NCBI GenBank assembly: GCA_965153355.1
Contig: OZ231126.1
Span: 20,522,001 to 20,586,000, forward strand
Direction of reading: 5' to 3'
DNA length: 64,000 nt
Source: Flaccisagitta enflata
Lineage: Eukaryota
Below the pieces are notes generated by a model. The model had not been told where the DNA came from, did not search any database, and was given only the letters and a program-made list of their open reading frames with translations. Below, piece after piece: positions 1-15,907 of this stretch. A program made the translations under genes and the position numbers. Each line of letters starts with the position of its first letter. Position 1 is the first letter of the stretch.

Positions 1-818
1 CAATGGACACAGCCATTTATAGAGGTGCCTTGTGGTTCCTAAAAAGGCAACGACTGTAATGCTAACGCCATCAGCAACAGCAATGAATATCCATGGATCA
101 CAGCAACGGAGGCTGCAACAACCATAGCACTAAAAAACTTCCAATGCTGAAAACACGATCTATCAGTAGTCCGTGGACGGGAATAATAATACGGGGGGGG
201 GGGCATGGGCAGTATGTTGGTGGGCGGGGCTTGGACTTGGACTCACAAATCGCTATACAGTAGCTTAGGAAGCGTCTAAAATCTATGGCAAAGTTTAAGT
301 ACATTAACATCTAAAAAATTGTGTACGCAATGGTATTTACCATAGCAATCCAAATGGTAAGTTGGTATCAAAAGTGAAGTGGGATCGCAATATTTTTACG
401 GACAGGGAACAGCCCAACCTCGATCCATTCACACACAAAAACACACAAGAAGTATCTAAAATGCTTGTTTGTCCACTTTCCGACTTGGTGATTTCAGACG
501 GACCAATGCACCGACAGATGGACCAATGGACCGATGGACAAAGCCTCTTGCTGAGTTGCATATCCGCAACTAAAAACTAATACCGTAAACGGTAACGACT
601 GCTTCAACAGAGACGAGAACATTCACAACAACATAATTACATAAGCAAAAAATTACATAAGCAACGTTATTTACAACAACGTTATTTACAACAACAAAAA
701 ATACAGTAGTAACTGCAACATCTATGCAACTGGATTAAAACAACTTGTAAATGTAACATCCTAAAGCTAACTTAAACAATAAACACCGTTTTGATCCTAA
801 ATTTTGTTTTTTCCTCAG

Positions 819-4709
<3,891 letters not shown>

Positions 4710-5512
4710 TCAACCTCAATAGTAAACGAAACAAACAAAACAATCACACTTGGCTTTTTCTATCAATTCCTCTCCAAGCAATCAAATTCAGTCGTTTTTC
4801 GAAGACTTTTTATCGGACCGAAATCACAACATAGACTGTATAGATCAATAGATATATTTTGCCTCATGGTCGGTTGGTGACGGTTTTATCATATACTCGA
4901 GATTTAGCAGCATTGCCTTTTGCGCTAGCCTTTTCTAGCAAATACCAGTGTAAATTCGATTTTTTTGTCAGCGTTTAATGCGACTTCAATCATCTAAAAT
5001 TGGATTAGATCTGATGTTCAAAAGTAGTAGCACATTCCTCGATCAGTATTCCATTTTTTCCGCCCCGATCTCAATTTTATTTCACTTGTGTACTTTTCAT
5101 TCTCTAAAGATGCTAGTCATTCCTTGCTAGAGTAAGAAGAAAGCTTTCACCGTTTATTCCTCAGTCAATTTGTTTCCATCACGCTCCTCCCTTAGACTTT
5201 ATCTTTCTTGTAACCGTGCTGATTGTTTATGTATGTCCGTGTATGTTTTATCTATCTACAATCGGGATTTTTAGTTATGGCTTGGTAATTTGCGGGTTTT
5301 AGTTTTGGCTCAAAGGATTTTTAGAAGAGAAGAATCATTGCTTTTGTATACCCTTATACTTAAAATAAGTTTTATCATTCATTGATTATTTTGACGATGA
5401 TCGCTCTAGTCTTTGAAATTTTATTTCTTTCATCAAAAGAGGAACCTTAGTCTCATGTTCAGAAACAAACACGCACATTAGTTTTCAAGTATCTGCCGAC
5501 GAGACGATCATC

Positions 5513-6283
5513 ATGTCTGCGCAGGAGCTAGATTTGAAGCAGAAAGACTCTGATTTGCAGACGTCCGATTCGGCTATGGATGCTTGTCTGTCGATGGCCA
5601 CCAACGGAGAATCGGCGCACAAGATTCCCAAACTGATGGACATAGAAGCCTCCACTCCGACGCCACCATTGATGCGCGGAATAGCGCCTTCGCTTATGAC
5701 CGGATATTCAGCTCCTGCCGTTCCATCCAACGTCCCCACTCCTTCTCCTCCCACTCCTGCTCATCCCAACAACAGCTCCGCTTCCTCCTCCGTGGCGATG
5801 ACTACCTTTGACCCCACCATAACGCTTGAACACATCCGCGCCACGCAGCACAAATTCATCGACGATCGGGATTGGCATCGGTATCACACGCCGCGTAATC
5901 TCCTGTTGGCGATGGTCGGCGAAGTGGGAGAGTTGTCGGAGCTTTTTCAGTGGCGAGGCGAGGTGGGCGTGTTGTTACCGGATTGGTCGAAGGACGATAA
6001 GACTCATTTGCGTCACGAACTGGCCGACGTATTTCTGTACCTCCTGCGTTTGTCGGAGCAGTGCGGTGTTGATCTACCGGCGGCCGTCATGGAGAAAATC
6101 GCGCTCAACGAAAAGAAATATCCAGCTGAACTTGTCAAAGGTTCTAGCAAGAAGTATTCCGAATACAAAGGAGGTACGAAACTCGCGCCGCCCCAGGACG
6201 TTGATGCTGCAGAGAAAGCCAATAGTTCAAAGATAACTTCTTTGATCGCATCCGGATTCGTTTCGCATCCGGATCTTGAGTGA
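5513..6283 (+). CDS. DCTPP1: dCTP pyrophosphatase 1 (MazG-like all-alpha NTP pyrophosphatase)
   Basis: Uninterrupted 256-aa ORF containing F..DRDWHRYHTPRNLLLAMVGEVGELSELFQW, HELADVFLYLLRL and KIALNEKKYPAELVKGSSKKY, all characteristic of DCTPP1. Has a low-complexity N-terminal extension of about 100 aa. Confidence 0.93.
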   Translation: MSAQELDLKQKDSDLQTSDSAMDACLSMATNGESAHKIPKLMDIEASTPTPPLMRGIAPSLMTGYSAPAVPSNVPTPSPPTPAHPNNSSASSSVAMTTFDPTITLEHIRATQHKFIDDRDWHRYHTPRNLLLAMVGEVGELSELFQWRGEVGVLLPDWSKDDKTHLRHELADVFLYLLRLSEQCGVDLPAAVMEKIALNEKKYPAELVKGSSKKYSEYKGGTKLAPPQDVDAAEKANSSKITSLIASGFVSHPDLE

Positions 6284-6383
6284 TCAATGACGATTGGGCT
6301 GGGGTGGGGAACTTGGGATGAGAGTTAAGGCCCAGAAGATCGACCAAATTCGTTTCCCGATTTTCTATTCTTCGTTTAACATG

Positions 6384-6903
6384 CAGGGGTAGGAAAGCTA
6401 AAAATTTTTTAACTTTTTTTAACTTTTTAACTTTTTAACCTTTTTTTTAAAAGTTGTAAAAAGTTAAAAAAAGTTAAAAAAGGTTAAAAAAGGTTAAAAA
6501 GTTAAAAAATGTTAAAAAAAGTTAAAAAATGTTAAAAAGTTAAAAAATAAAAAGGTTAATAAGTTAAAAAAGGTTAAAAAGTTAAAAAAGGTTAAAAAAA
6601 GTTAAAAAAGGTTAAAAAAAGTTAAAAAATGTTAAAACACTGCAGTCGGCAATAAAAAAGCACTGACTAAAAACCATGGGCTATCAAAGTTTTTTAACTT
6701 TTTAATTTTTTAACTTTTTAACCTGATTTTTTAACTTTTTAACTTTTTAAAACTTTTTCTAACTTTTTTTAACATTTTTTAACATTTTTTAACTTTTTAA
6801 CCTTTTTTAACATTTTTTAACTTTTTTTAACTTTACTTTAAAAGTTGTAAGAAGTTAAAAAAAGTTAAAAAATGTTAAAAACTTTTTAGCTTTCGTACCC
6901 CTG
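6384..6903. mobile_element. Palindromic MITE with CAGGGG termini and a 6-bp TSD (hAT-like)
   Basis: TIR CAGGGGTA(G/C)GAAAGCTAAAA at both ends; AACATG duplicated at 6378-6383 and 6904-6909; interior built from (GTTAAAAA)n in inverted blocks. Confidence 0.85.
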
Positions 6904-7176
6904 AACATGATCTTTATGTATGCATTAACTTGCGTATGTTGGACAAATATTTGTTTTGATGACATTGTTTAGCATCGAAATTTGATTCTTATACGAATGA
7001 TTGACCTTGTGAACCATTCAGGCAGCAGTTTCAATGCATCTTTCGTTTACTAATTTAAAACTACGCCGCAAAACATTCGTCAAAAAGAATCAAAAGAAAC
7101 GATAGTCTGTGGCACTGCACCCGCGTGACGATTGATAGAAAGAAACCGCTGCTTAGAAACAAACGTTCAATCAAAA

Positions 7177-8912
7177 ATGAGTATTTTCGAGGGTAGGATT
7201 CAGGAATTTTCTAACGTGTTTGTCGACAATTTCAACACGTCGTTCTTAGTACATGGACGTCGGCAGGCGTTTTTCCTAAGCCACGCCCACTCGGATCACA
7301 TGCGCGGTCTTGACTCAACGCTCTTTCAAAATCGTTTTCTCTCTCACGATAAAGCTTTGTTCTTCGCGTCCGCCGAGACGAAAGAGTTGCTGTCGCGGCA
7401 GAGTAACTTTCGTCGTATAGCCGAGGCGATTACTGTCCTACCGATCAACGAACCTCGAGAACTGCGGCTTGATGCAACCGCCGATACAAATATCATCTAT
7501 GTGTCGTTCTTGCCGGCGCAACATTGTCCCGGATCTGTCAGTATTTATTTCGTAGGTAAGGAGGATGTGTGGCTGTTGATATCATCGTCTGTTTCTCCGA
7601 CTCCCTCATCGATTGTGTATCCTCTTCATCATCGCTTCATTAATTCTATCATCGTCGTCACCACTACTATGTTGATCTGCTATTTCTTACATAAAGAGTC
7701 AGTCTTTTTAGCTATGAGCATGACAGATCACCTAGGAGATGGAGAGAAGTTTGAAATGGCGGCAAAGGCAGCAATCCACAGCGCAAGTATAATGATCAGA
7801 CTAAATGTCTCTCTGAGAACAAGGTTATTTCCAATCTTTAAGCCAGCAGCAGCTAAATATCCATAAAGGAAAGGAATTGTAATGTGATGTACTCTGAAAA
7901 GGGCTGGCATGAATATATCCTTCATGAGCGAATTGAAATCATTTCCATGACAATCTAACTACGAACATGATCACTTGACGGACGATTATCATTTGAGAGT
8001 TAATCAGAGAATCGCCCCTTACACTTACTCAGTACACATGCTGGAATCTTTTTCAGCTATCATCTTACTCTCCATCATTCCATCTTCTCCATCATCATGC
8101 CATCTTCCTCATCATCGTACCATCTTCCTTGACATCCTACCATCTTTCTCATCATCATACAATCTTCGTCATCATACCATCTTCCTCATCATTTCATCCT
8201 CCTCATCATTTTATCCTCCTCATTTCATCCTCATCATTTCATCCTCCTCATTATTCTATTCTCATCATCATTCCATCTTCCTCGTCATCATACACTTATT
8301 TTTTGGCCACATCGAGTTATTTCTCGATGTGGTCTATAACATAGCCTTGAAAATTCCTTTCGTGTAGTGAGTCGTCGTCGTCGTCGTCTCCACCCTCGAA
8401 AACTTGAGAACCAGTACTCAGATGTTGATGAAACTTGGTCAGTGTTATTTTTAGGGCATTACTAACCTGTGTACCAACTTTCAACAACATTCATAAATAT
8501 TTAATACCCTTTGCCTATTATTTTTGTAGTAATATTAATTCCTGGACTTGTGCAATTTACATAAGGGAAGGGTAGTAAAGGTTCACCAATGTTGTTCAAA
8601 CTTGCTGTGATGGGTCATTGCATCAATTAAAGCTCCCCTGCAAGATTTCAGATAATTCTGAGTATTGGTTTAGCAGATATTAGGGTATTTTGCTAGTAAT
8701 ATTTATTCCTGGACTTGTGCAATTTATATAGGGGAAGGGTAGTAAAGGTTCACCAATGTTGTTCAAACTTGTTGTGAAGGTTCATTGCATCAATTAAAGC
8801 TCCCCTGCAAGATTTCAGTAAATTCTGAGTATTGGTTAAGAAAATATAAGGGTATTTATGATGTATCTAGTCTAGTAACATTATTTCCTGGACTTTGAAT
8901 TTTTTTGAAAAA

Positions 8913-8944
<32 letters not shown>

Positions 8945-11005
8945 GAAAAAAAAATTTTTTTGAAATTTTTTTTTTTTGAAATTTTTTTTTTTTTTAATTT
9001 ATTTTTTGAAAAAACTATTTTCGTAGTTATCATTTTTCATTGTTGTACTTCCAGGTATGCCATCATGGACCTCCAGGTAAGTCATCATGGACCTCCAGGT
9101 AAGTCATCATGGACTTCCAGGTATGCCATCATGGACTTCCAGGTTAGCTGGGTCTGATCGAGTAGCCGGGTTAATGAGTAGCCGGGTCTGATCAAGCAGC
9201 CGGGTCTGATCGAGCAGCCGGGTCTGATCGAGTAGCCGGGTCTGATCAAGTAGCCGGGTTTGATCAAGTAGCCGGGTCTGATCAAGTAGCCGGGTCTGAT
9301 CAAGTAGCCGGGTCTGATCAAGTAGCCGGGTCTGATCAAGTAGCCGGGTCTGATCAAGTAGCCGGGTCTGATCAAGTAGCTGGGTCTGATCAAGTAGCCG
9401 GGTCTGATCAAGTAGCCGGGTCTGATCAAGTAGCCGGGTCTGATCAAGTAGCCGGGTCTGATCAAGTAGCCGGGTCTGATCAAGTAGCCGGGTCTGATCA
9501 AGTAGCCGGGTCTGATCAAGTAGCCGGGTCTGATCAAGTAGCCGGGTCTGATCAAGTAGCCGGGTCTGATCAAGTAGCCGGGTCTGATCAAGTAGCCGGG
9601 TCTGATCAAGTAGCCGGGTCTGATCAAGTAGCCGGGTCTGATCAAGTAGCCGGGTCTGATCAAGTAGCCGGGTCTGATCAAGTAGCCGGGTCTGATCAAG
9701 TAGCCGGGTCTGATCAAGTAGCCGGGTCTGATCAAGTAGCCGGGTCTGATCAAGTAGCCGGGTCTGATCAAGTAGCCGGGTCTGATCAAGTAGCCGGGTC
9801 TGATCAAGTAGCCGGGTCTGATCAAGTAGCCGGGTCTGATCCAGTAGCCGAGTCTGATCCAGTAGTAACCATGATGTGGCCTTTAGTTTTTCAGCTTTTT
9901 TTTATAAGAACCAAGTTTATAAGAACGTTAGGCTTCAAATCGTCAAAAATTTAAGAACATGCTAAGAACATTGGAAGGCTTCATTTCTTGAAAAAATTAA
10001 GAACATTAGGCTTGAAATCTTAAAAATCTAAGAACATTTTTTTTCTGTTTTTTTTTTAATCAATTGTTCTTTGTAAATGGACAGACTCTATATCTTTTCT
10101 GTTCAGCAAATCATGTCTCACTTTATATAGCATATATTTTTCTACTTTCATTGATCTTAATTCATTTAAAATGTTTAAATCTACTTCTTTATTGTTTCAT
10201 TGACATTTTCCTTCATTTTCTCCTTAATGACCAACTTAAAACTAATTAAGAACGTTCTTAATTGAAGGCTAAAAAGTGCGTTTGAATTAAGAACAATTTA
10301 AGAACGTTAAAGCCTTGAAACTGCTGAAAATTTAAGAACATTGAAGGCTTGCTCAAAAAATGACGTTCTTATAAAAAAAAAAAAAAAGTGTACTATCTTC
10401 CTCTTCTATTATTACAATCATAATCAAAGAAATCAAGAGAAATCGATATGAAGAGACTCAAGTTTTTAAATCTGTCATAGATGGATTTTCGTTACTCTTG
10501 GATCCGTCATAGCGAGTTTTAACTGTACTATCTTCCTCGTCATACCGTCTCCCACCTCGTTTCATCCTTCCATCTTCTTCCTCGTCATTCCATCCTCATC
10601 TTTCTATCTCCCTGCTAATCGTTCTATCTTCCTCCTTATTCATGATCGTTTCAGCTACCATGACATCATTCCATCTTCCCCATTCAACCTTCCTCCTCAT
10701 TTCATCTTCCTCGTTATTTATCTTCTTCGCTTTATCTTTTCCTTCATCATTCATCTACCTCCTCATCAGTTTATCTTCCTTCTTTTATTTCACCTTCCTC
10801 GGAAATCGACCTTAGTGCTTGTCTTTTCCCTCTTCCTTTTCAATTGCTCATATTTCTTCTTCTCATCACATCTTTTCTTTTTCCTTTCACCTTTCTCCCT
10901 ATCAGATCATTTTCCTCCTCATTTACCTTCCTCCTCAGTTTTGCCATGATCTCGCGCTCTCTCTGTCTCTCCCTCTCTCTGTATCTCCCTCTCTCTCTCG
11001 CTCTT

Positions 11006-11102
<97 letters not shown>

Positions 11103-12976
11103 GTCTCTCTCTCTCTCTCTGTCTCTCTCTCTGTCTCTCTCTCTCTGTCTCTCTCTCTGTCTCTCTCTCTTTCTCTCTCTCTCTTTCTCTCTCTCTCTCA
11201 CTGTCAGGAACGGACGACGTGCGCGTTTTGTACACGGGCGATTTCCGATGGGAAGAAGATCGATTTCGTGATTTATCCTTTCTTCACCCATATCACCCTC
11301 CTGGCGCCGCTTTAACCAATCTCTACCTCGACACGACATTCTGCGTCGACGCGACTCTGCGAGACTTTCCACCGCGACTTAGAGTCGCTCGTCGGATCTA
11401 CGAAGAAGTTGCAAAATGGTTGCGAGATGATCCGTCTACATGTCGCCGTCAAGGCCACCCTGAAATACACGAGGGGAATTCCGCCTCTCTTGCTCATCCT
11501 TTTCCTCGGCGTCTCGTTCATTTCAACGCCAAGTCGCGATGCGGTCACGAGAAGCTCTTCGCTTATCTCTGCGAAAAACTCGGCACTAAAATCCACGTTG
11601 ACAGAGACCGATTGGAATCCTACGGCAATCTTCAACAAATCGTTTCGCTATTCACCGTCGACGGCGAATCGACTCGATTGCACGCTTGCGACGTCGGAAG
11701 ATCTGAGGCCAGTTGCCTTCCCGACGCCGCAGCTGCCAGCGCCGCTCACGTCCTTACGATCACCGCTTCGACGCAGTGGTGGACTCGCGGTATGGGGAAA
11801 GGAGCGGAAGCCACAGGTACTGCTTGTGATGACGTCCTGATGGAACGGTCGTCGCCGAATCATTTCAGATATCTCTACAGTTTCCATCCTTCCTTGACTG
11901 AACTGCGCCATATCGTGTCGACGCTGAAACCGAAAAAAGTGACGCCTACCACGGCGCCTAATGGACCAAACGAATCGAATACAGTTGTAGACTACGCTTC
12001 CATGCTCCAGCTCCTTGGCGTCAAAGAAACTGTTTCGCGTCACTCATCTCAAAATTCAACATCTTCATCATCGTCGCAATCGTCTTCTTCCTCCCAAGTC
12101 AAATCTGCCGCTTTGTGTGAGCCGGCCAGGAAGAAGTTGAAAAACATAATCACACGTGATTTAACCGAATCTTACGATCCACTCTTCGATGACGATGAAG
12201 GGGAGGAGGAGGAGGAGGAGATACAGCAGGTGCAGCAAGAGGTAAAAGAGAAAGATGGAATCGACAATACCGTAGAGACGGACCAAAAGAAGAAAGTCGC
12301 TGAGGAGGGAGAGGAAGACCGGGACTTGTTCGAAAGCCAGACTCTTGGTCAAAGATTTACTCTCTCAGCTGACGGAGGTGATGAAAATCATGGAATGTTA
12401 GTAAACGATGACAAAGACGCAATACTTTCATTACTTCAAGCTCAAACTTTCCTCAACAATTCCATGGAGTTGCCCCTTAATAATGCCGACGTGGCAGAAC
12501 TAGCCAGCAATGCTAAGTTGCAAAAGCATGATGATAAAAAACACCAAGAGAAGAATGCCATCGTCGAAGAGGAGAAACGCTCTTTGCGGCCATTAAATCC
12601 CAAATCTTTATTCGCTAGTTGGTCATCAGATTCTACATCGGAAAAAACTGCCAACTCCTCCCTCGTGTCTTCCACCGTCGAGAATGCGGCTTTCAGATGC
12701 GCCCCCTCCGACTCTGAGAGCAACCCGTCACTAACGTCAAATCCTAGTCCCGTTCATGCATCGTTGTCAAGTGTCAGTCGTACTTCTAACGCCGATAAAT
12801 CGATGGAATTGATTGAACCGTCGCCCAAAGCCCTTTTCAGTGATGTTCCCGATCCTCCCGCTAGTCAAGTCTGTGATACTCAAATGGGTCATCGCGACGA
12901 ATGGGCAGCTGAGACCATCTGTCATCGGGCGTTGACACAAAATGTGTCACAGAGAAATGAGGTTAGTAGTGACTGA
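7177..12976 (+). CDS. DCLRE1C: Artemis (SNM1C) metallo-beta-lactamase/beta-CASP nuclease, two exons, about 715 aa
   Basis: Exon 1 7177-7555 (MSIFEGRIQEFSNVFVDNF; FFLSHAHSDHMRGL; PAQHCPGSV; donor G|GTAAG) joins in phase to exon 2 11208-12976 (VLYTGDFR; LYLDTTFC; LHAC; YSFHPSLTEL). The N-terminus resembles human MSSFEGQMAEYPTISIDRF. Long disordered tail with SQ/TQ sites. Confidence 0.92.
8300..9891 (+). mobile_element. HINE-like element carrying an 18-bp satellite, inside the Artemis intron
   Basis: 5' TTTTGGCCACATCGAG...CTCGATGTGG hairpin/sub-TIR, (GTC)n, internal duplication of about 170 bp, 3' GATGTGGCC-TTTAGTTTT. Confidence 0.55.
9140..9865. repeat. 18-bp minisatellite (GCCGGGTCTGATCAAGTA)n
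   Basis: About 40 nearly perfect tandem units; source of the spurious IRPGYL ORF. Confidence 0.97.
9893..10392. mobile_element. MITE with TTTTTTATAAGAAC terminal inverted repeats
   Basis: CTTTTTTTTTATAAGAAC at the left, GTTCTTATAAAAAAA...AGTGTA at the right, internal TTAAGAAC repeats. Confidence 0.55.
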
Positions 12977-13070
12977 AGAACTGAGATTGACAAAACGCCA
13001 AATTAATGTGCAGTGCAAAATTAAGTCGACGTAATTTACGACAATATTTATCAGGTTGGCGGTTGTGCCC

Positions 13071-13106
<36 letters not shown>

Positions 13107-13500
13107 TAGTAATCATTTCTACGGTGAAAGGCAACCATAAGACGCGACATTCTTGTGGGAGCGATGATGAAGAACTTATACTGAAAGCGTGGAGAAAATG
13201 GTATGTCCAAGCGTCCTGTCTTGCGAGCGGAGTTCAAATAAGGTTGCATGGGACACATCTTTTTTTTATTTTCAACTTTTAATCCATTAATCGGGTCGAA
13301 TTAAGCAACGCAGCAATAATTTAACTATCAACATTTAAGATTTTTCCATACATAATGAAACTTGATCATTCTAAAAGACAATGTTCAATTGTTCATGAAC
13401 TCGAAAATTCTCCGGTTCCATCGTCATCCGAAACGTGTTTCTAAATCGTCATTCACCACACCACGCATCAATGATATTTCAGACAATCACTTCTTTTTCC

Positions 13501-15847
13501 TTAAAACGGCGGCGCCTGTTCTTTCATCCTATATTTGCAGAGGAAGCATTCGTCGTCCTCCGAGTCCTCGTTGATCTGCAGCATCTTAAGATTGGCCGTC
13601 TTCTTCCGCCATTTCTCCTCGGCAATCCGCTTCCGCGATGAATTGGTGCGTCGACTCGACTGCCTCCCGGCCGCCTCCAATTGATTCCCAAACGCCAACG
13701 TAGAAGTCGAAAGGCCGCTCGACCGTTGCCTTCTCTTGTTCGCCTTTTTCCGGGCCGTTTTATCCATGCCGCTCACGCGCCCTCTTCGCTTTCCTCCGAA
13801 AGTCATTTTGGCGTCGATGCCCGAGTTTCGTTGCAATCTGTTGACGAATTCGTCGAGGCCCCAATCTTCCTCTTCCTCTTCATCATCGTCATCGAGTGAG
13901 TATGGATCTTTTGTTTTTTTACCTTTGCCTGTGGATTACAAAAAAAAAAGAATCGTCGCTGCCACTGGTTGTTGTTGTTGTTGTTGTTGTTTTTACTGAT
14001 GTAATGTCGTTATTGCTGTGGTTGTCATTGATGTTGTAATGTTGTTAAATTGTTACTGTCCTGGTTATTGAGTCGTCGTATATGGGAACATCAGGGTTGC
14101 ACGTTTCTTTTGGTCTTTTGTACTAGCTGCCTTATTCAAGCTCAGTCTCACCCGTTATCTCCTGACCACCAGTCGCCTTTGTTCTCGCTTCTTGCAACAG
14201 AGCCGACGTCGAAGGCATTTTGTTTTGAATGTAATTCCTCGGAACTTCGATGGTTGGAAGCGCAACCTTTTGGCGCGTTGAATTATCTTGGCTCACAACC
14301 TGGGATACGTTTTGAGCTCCATTTCAGTATTTGATGTGTCGTCGTATCCCATTAACTTCAGTTAAAGAGGGCCTGTCTGTCCAGCGTTAGGTTAGCAGGT
14401 CCGAATGTCCGTCACGCTTATTCAAGAATCATGACGTATCATGACGTATCATTCAAAAATTATTCAAAAATCATGACGTATCATGACGTATCATTCCAAA
14501 ATTATTCAAAATTCATGACGTATCATTCAAAAATCATGACGTATCCACTATTTTTGCTTGTGGCACATTTGGCTATGGTACTTGACCCATCTATAATACA
14601 TAATAACCTCACTAACCTTTCCCTGAGTTGTTTTTCCTTTTGTTCCATCACTTTTGGTCGTCGTCGTTGTCTTCTTCTTCTTACTCGTTTTCTCCGTTTT
14701 CCCTTTCAAGGCATTATTGGATACCGCGTTAACTCTGCTCGGACTCGCGTTGAGATCGATCAATTCCAGTTCCATCGCCGAAATTGACGCGGAAATCTCT
14801 TTTTGGTTAGGAATTTTTGTGGTTGACACGGCAGCGTTGTTACGTAGACTGTGATCGATATCCATTTGACTTGAGGTTCCTGGTTGAACCGCGTCCAGAA
14901 CGTGTGGAAGTTGTTTCGAGGGATCTGTGGGTTCTTGGACGTCGGCCGTAGTTGCTTGTCGACGTGGAGCAGGATGGGATGATATTAACGCTTGTTGATT
15001 TGACGAGGTATTATTCATTTTATTTTCCAGAATTGATTGTGACGCCTCCATCGCTTCTTTTCTTAATCGATTGCTTTTTGTATTTCCATTCTTCCGGCCT
15101 TCTCTTACTTTATCAGACCTTTGCCTGGATTTGTCTTTGTTTCCGCCTTCATGTTGCTCCTTCTCCATCCTGCTTCCTTCCTTCTCTCTTTCGCCCTCCC
15201 TTTCCTTCTCACTCTCCCTCTCAACTCCCTCGCTGTCTCCCTCATTTCCGTTTCCTTTTGGTCCTCTTCTTTTGATCGGCCTCAACTCTTTCATCGGAAA
15301 TTCGTCGCTTTCGTTCATCTCCGTTTGGGGGCTGTGATGGGTGATCGTGATCGTTGATTTTCTTTCTTTCTTTTTTTCTTTCTTTCTTTTTTTTTTCTTC
15401 CTTTCTTCCTTTCTTTCTTCCTTTTTCTCTTTCTTTGTGTCTGTCTTGTCTTGTCTTTCTTTTCTCTCTGTCTTTCTCTCTTTCTGTCATATTTCTTTCT
15501 TTCTGTCTGTCTAACTGTCTTTCTTCTGTCTGTCTTCTTTCTGTCTTTCTTCTGTCTTTCTTCTTTCTGTCTTTATTCTGTCTGTCTTTGCTTGTCTGTC
15601 TGTCTTTCTGTCTGTCTTTCTGTCTCTGTTCTTTTTTGTCTGTCTCTGTCTGTCTCTGTCTGTCTGTCTCTTGTTTCTTTTCTTTCTTTCTCTTTCTTTC
15701 TTTCTCTTTCTTTCTCTCCTTTTTTCTTTCTTTCTTTCCTTCTTGCTTTCCCTTTCTTTATTTTCTTCTCTCTTTCTTGTTTTCTCTTTCTTTCTTCCCC
15801 TCTCTTTCTTGCTTTCTTTCTTTTCTTTCTTGCTTTCTTTCTCTTTT

Positions 15848-15907
<60 letters not shown>

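Noticed and set aside
9085-9825. 246-aa IRPGYL-repeat ORF
   Set aside because: Translation of an 18-bp satellite.
10844-11207. Hydrophobic/SL-repeat N-terminus of the 710-aa ORF
   Set aside because: Intronic (CT)n polypyrimidine tract; the true exon starts at 11208.
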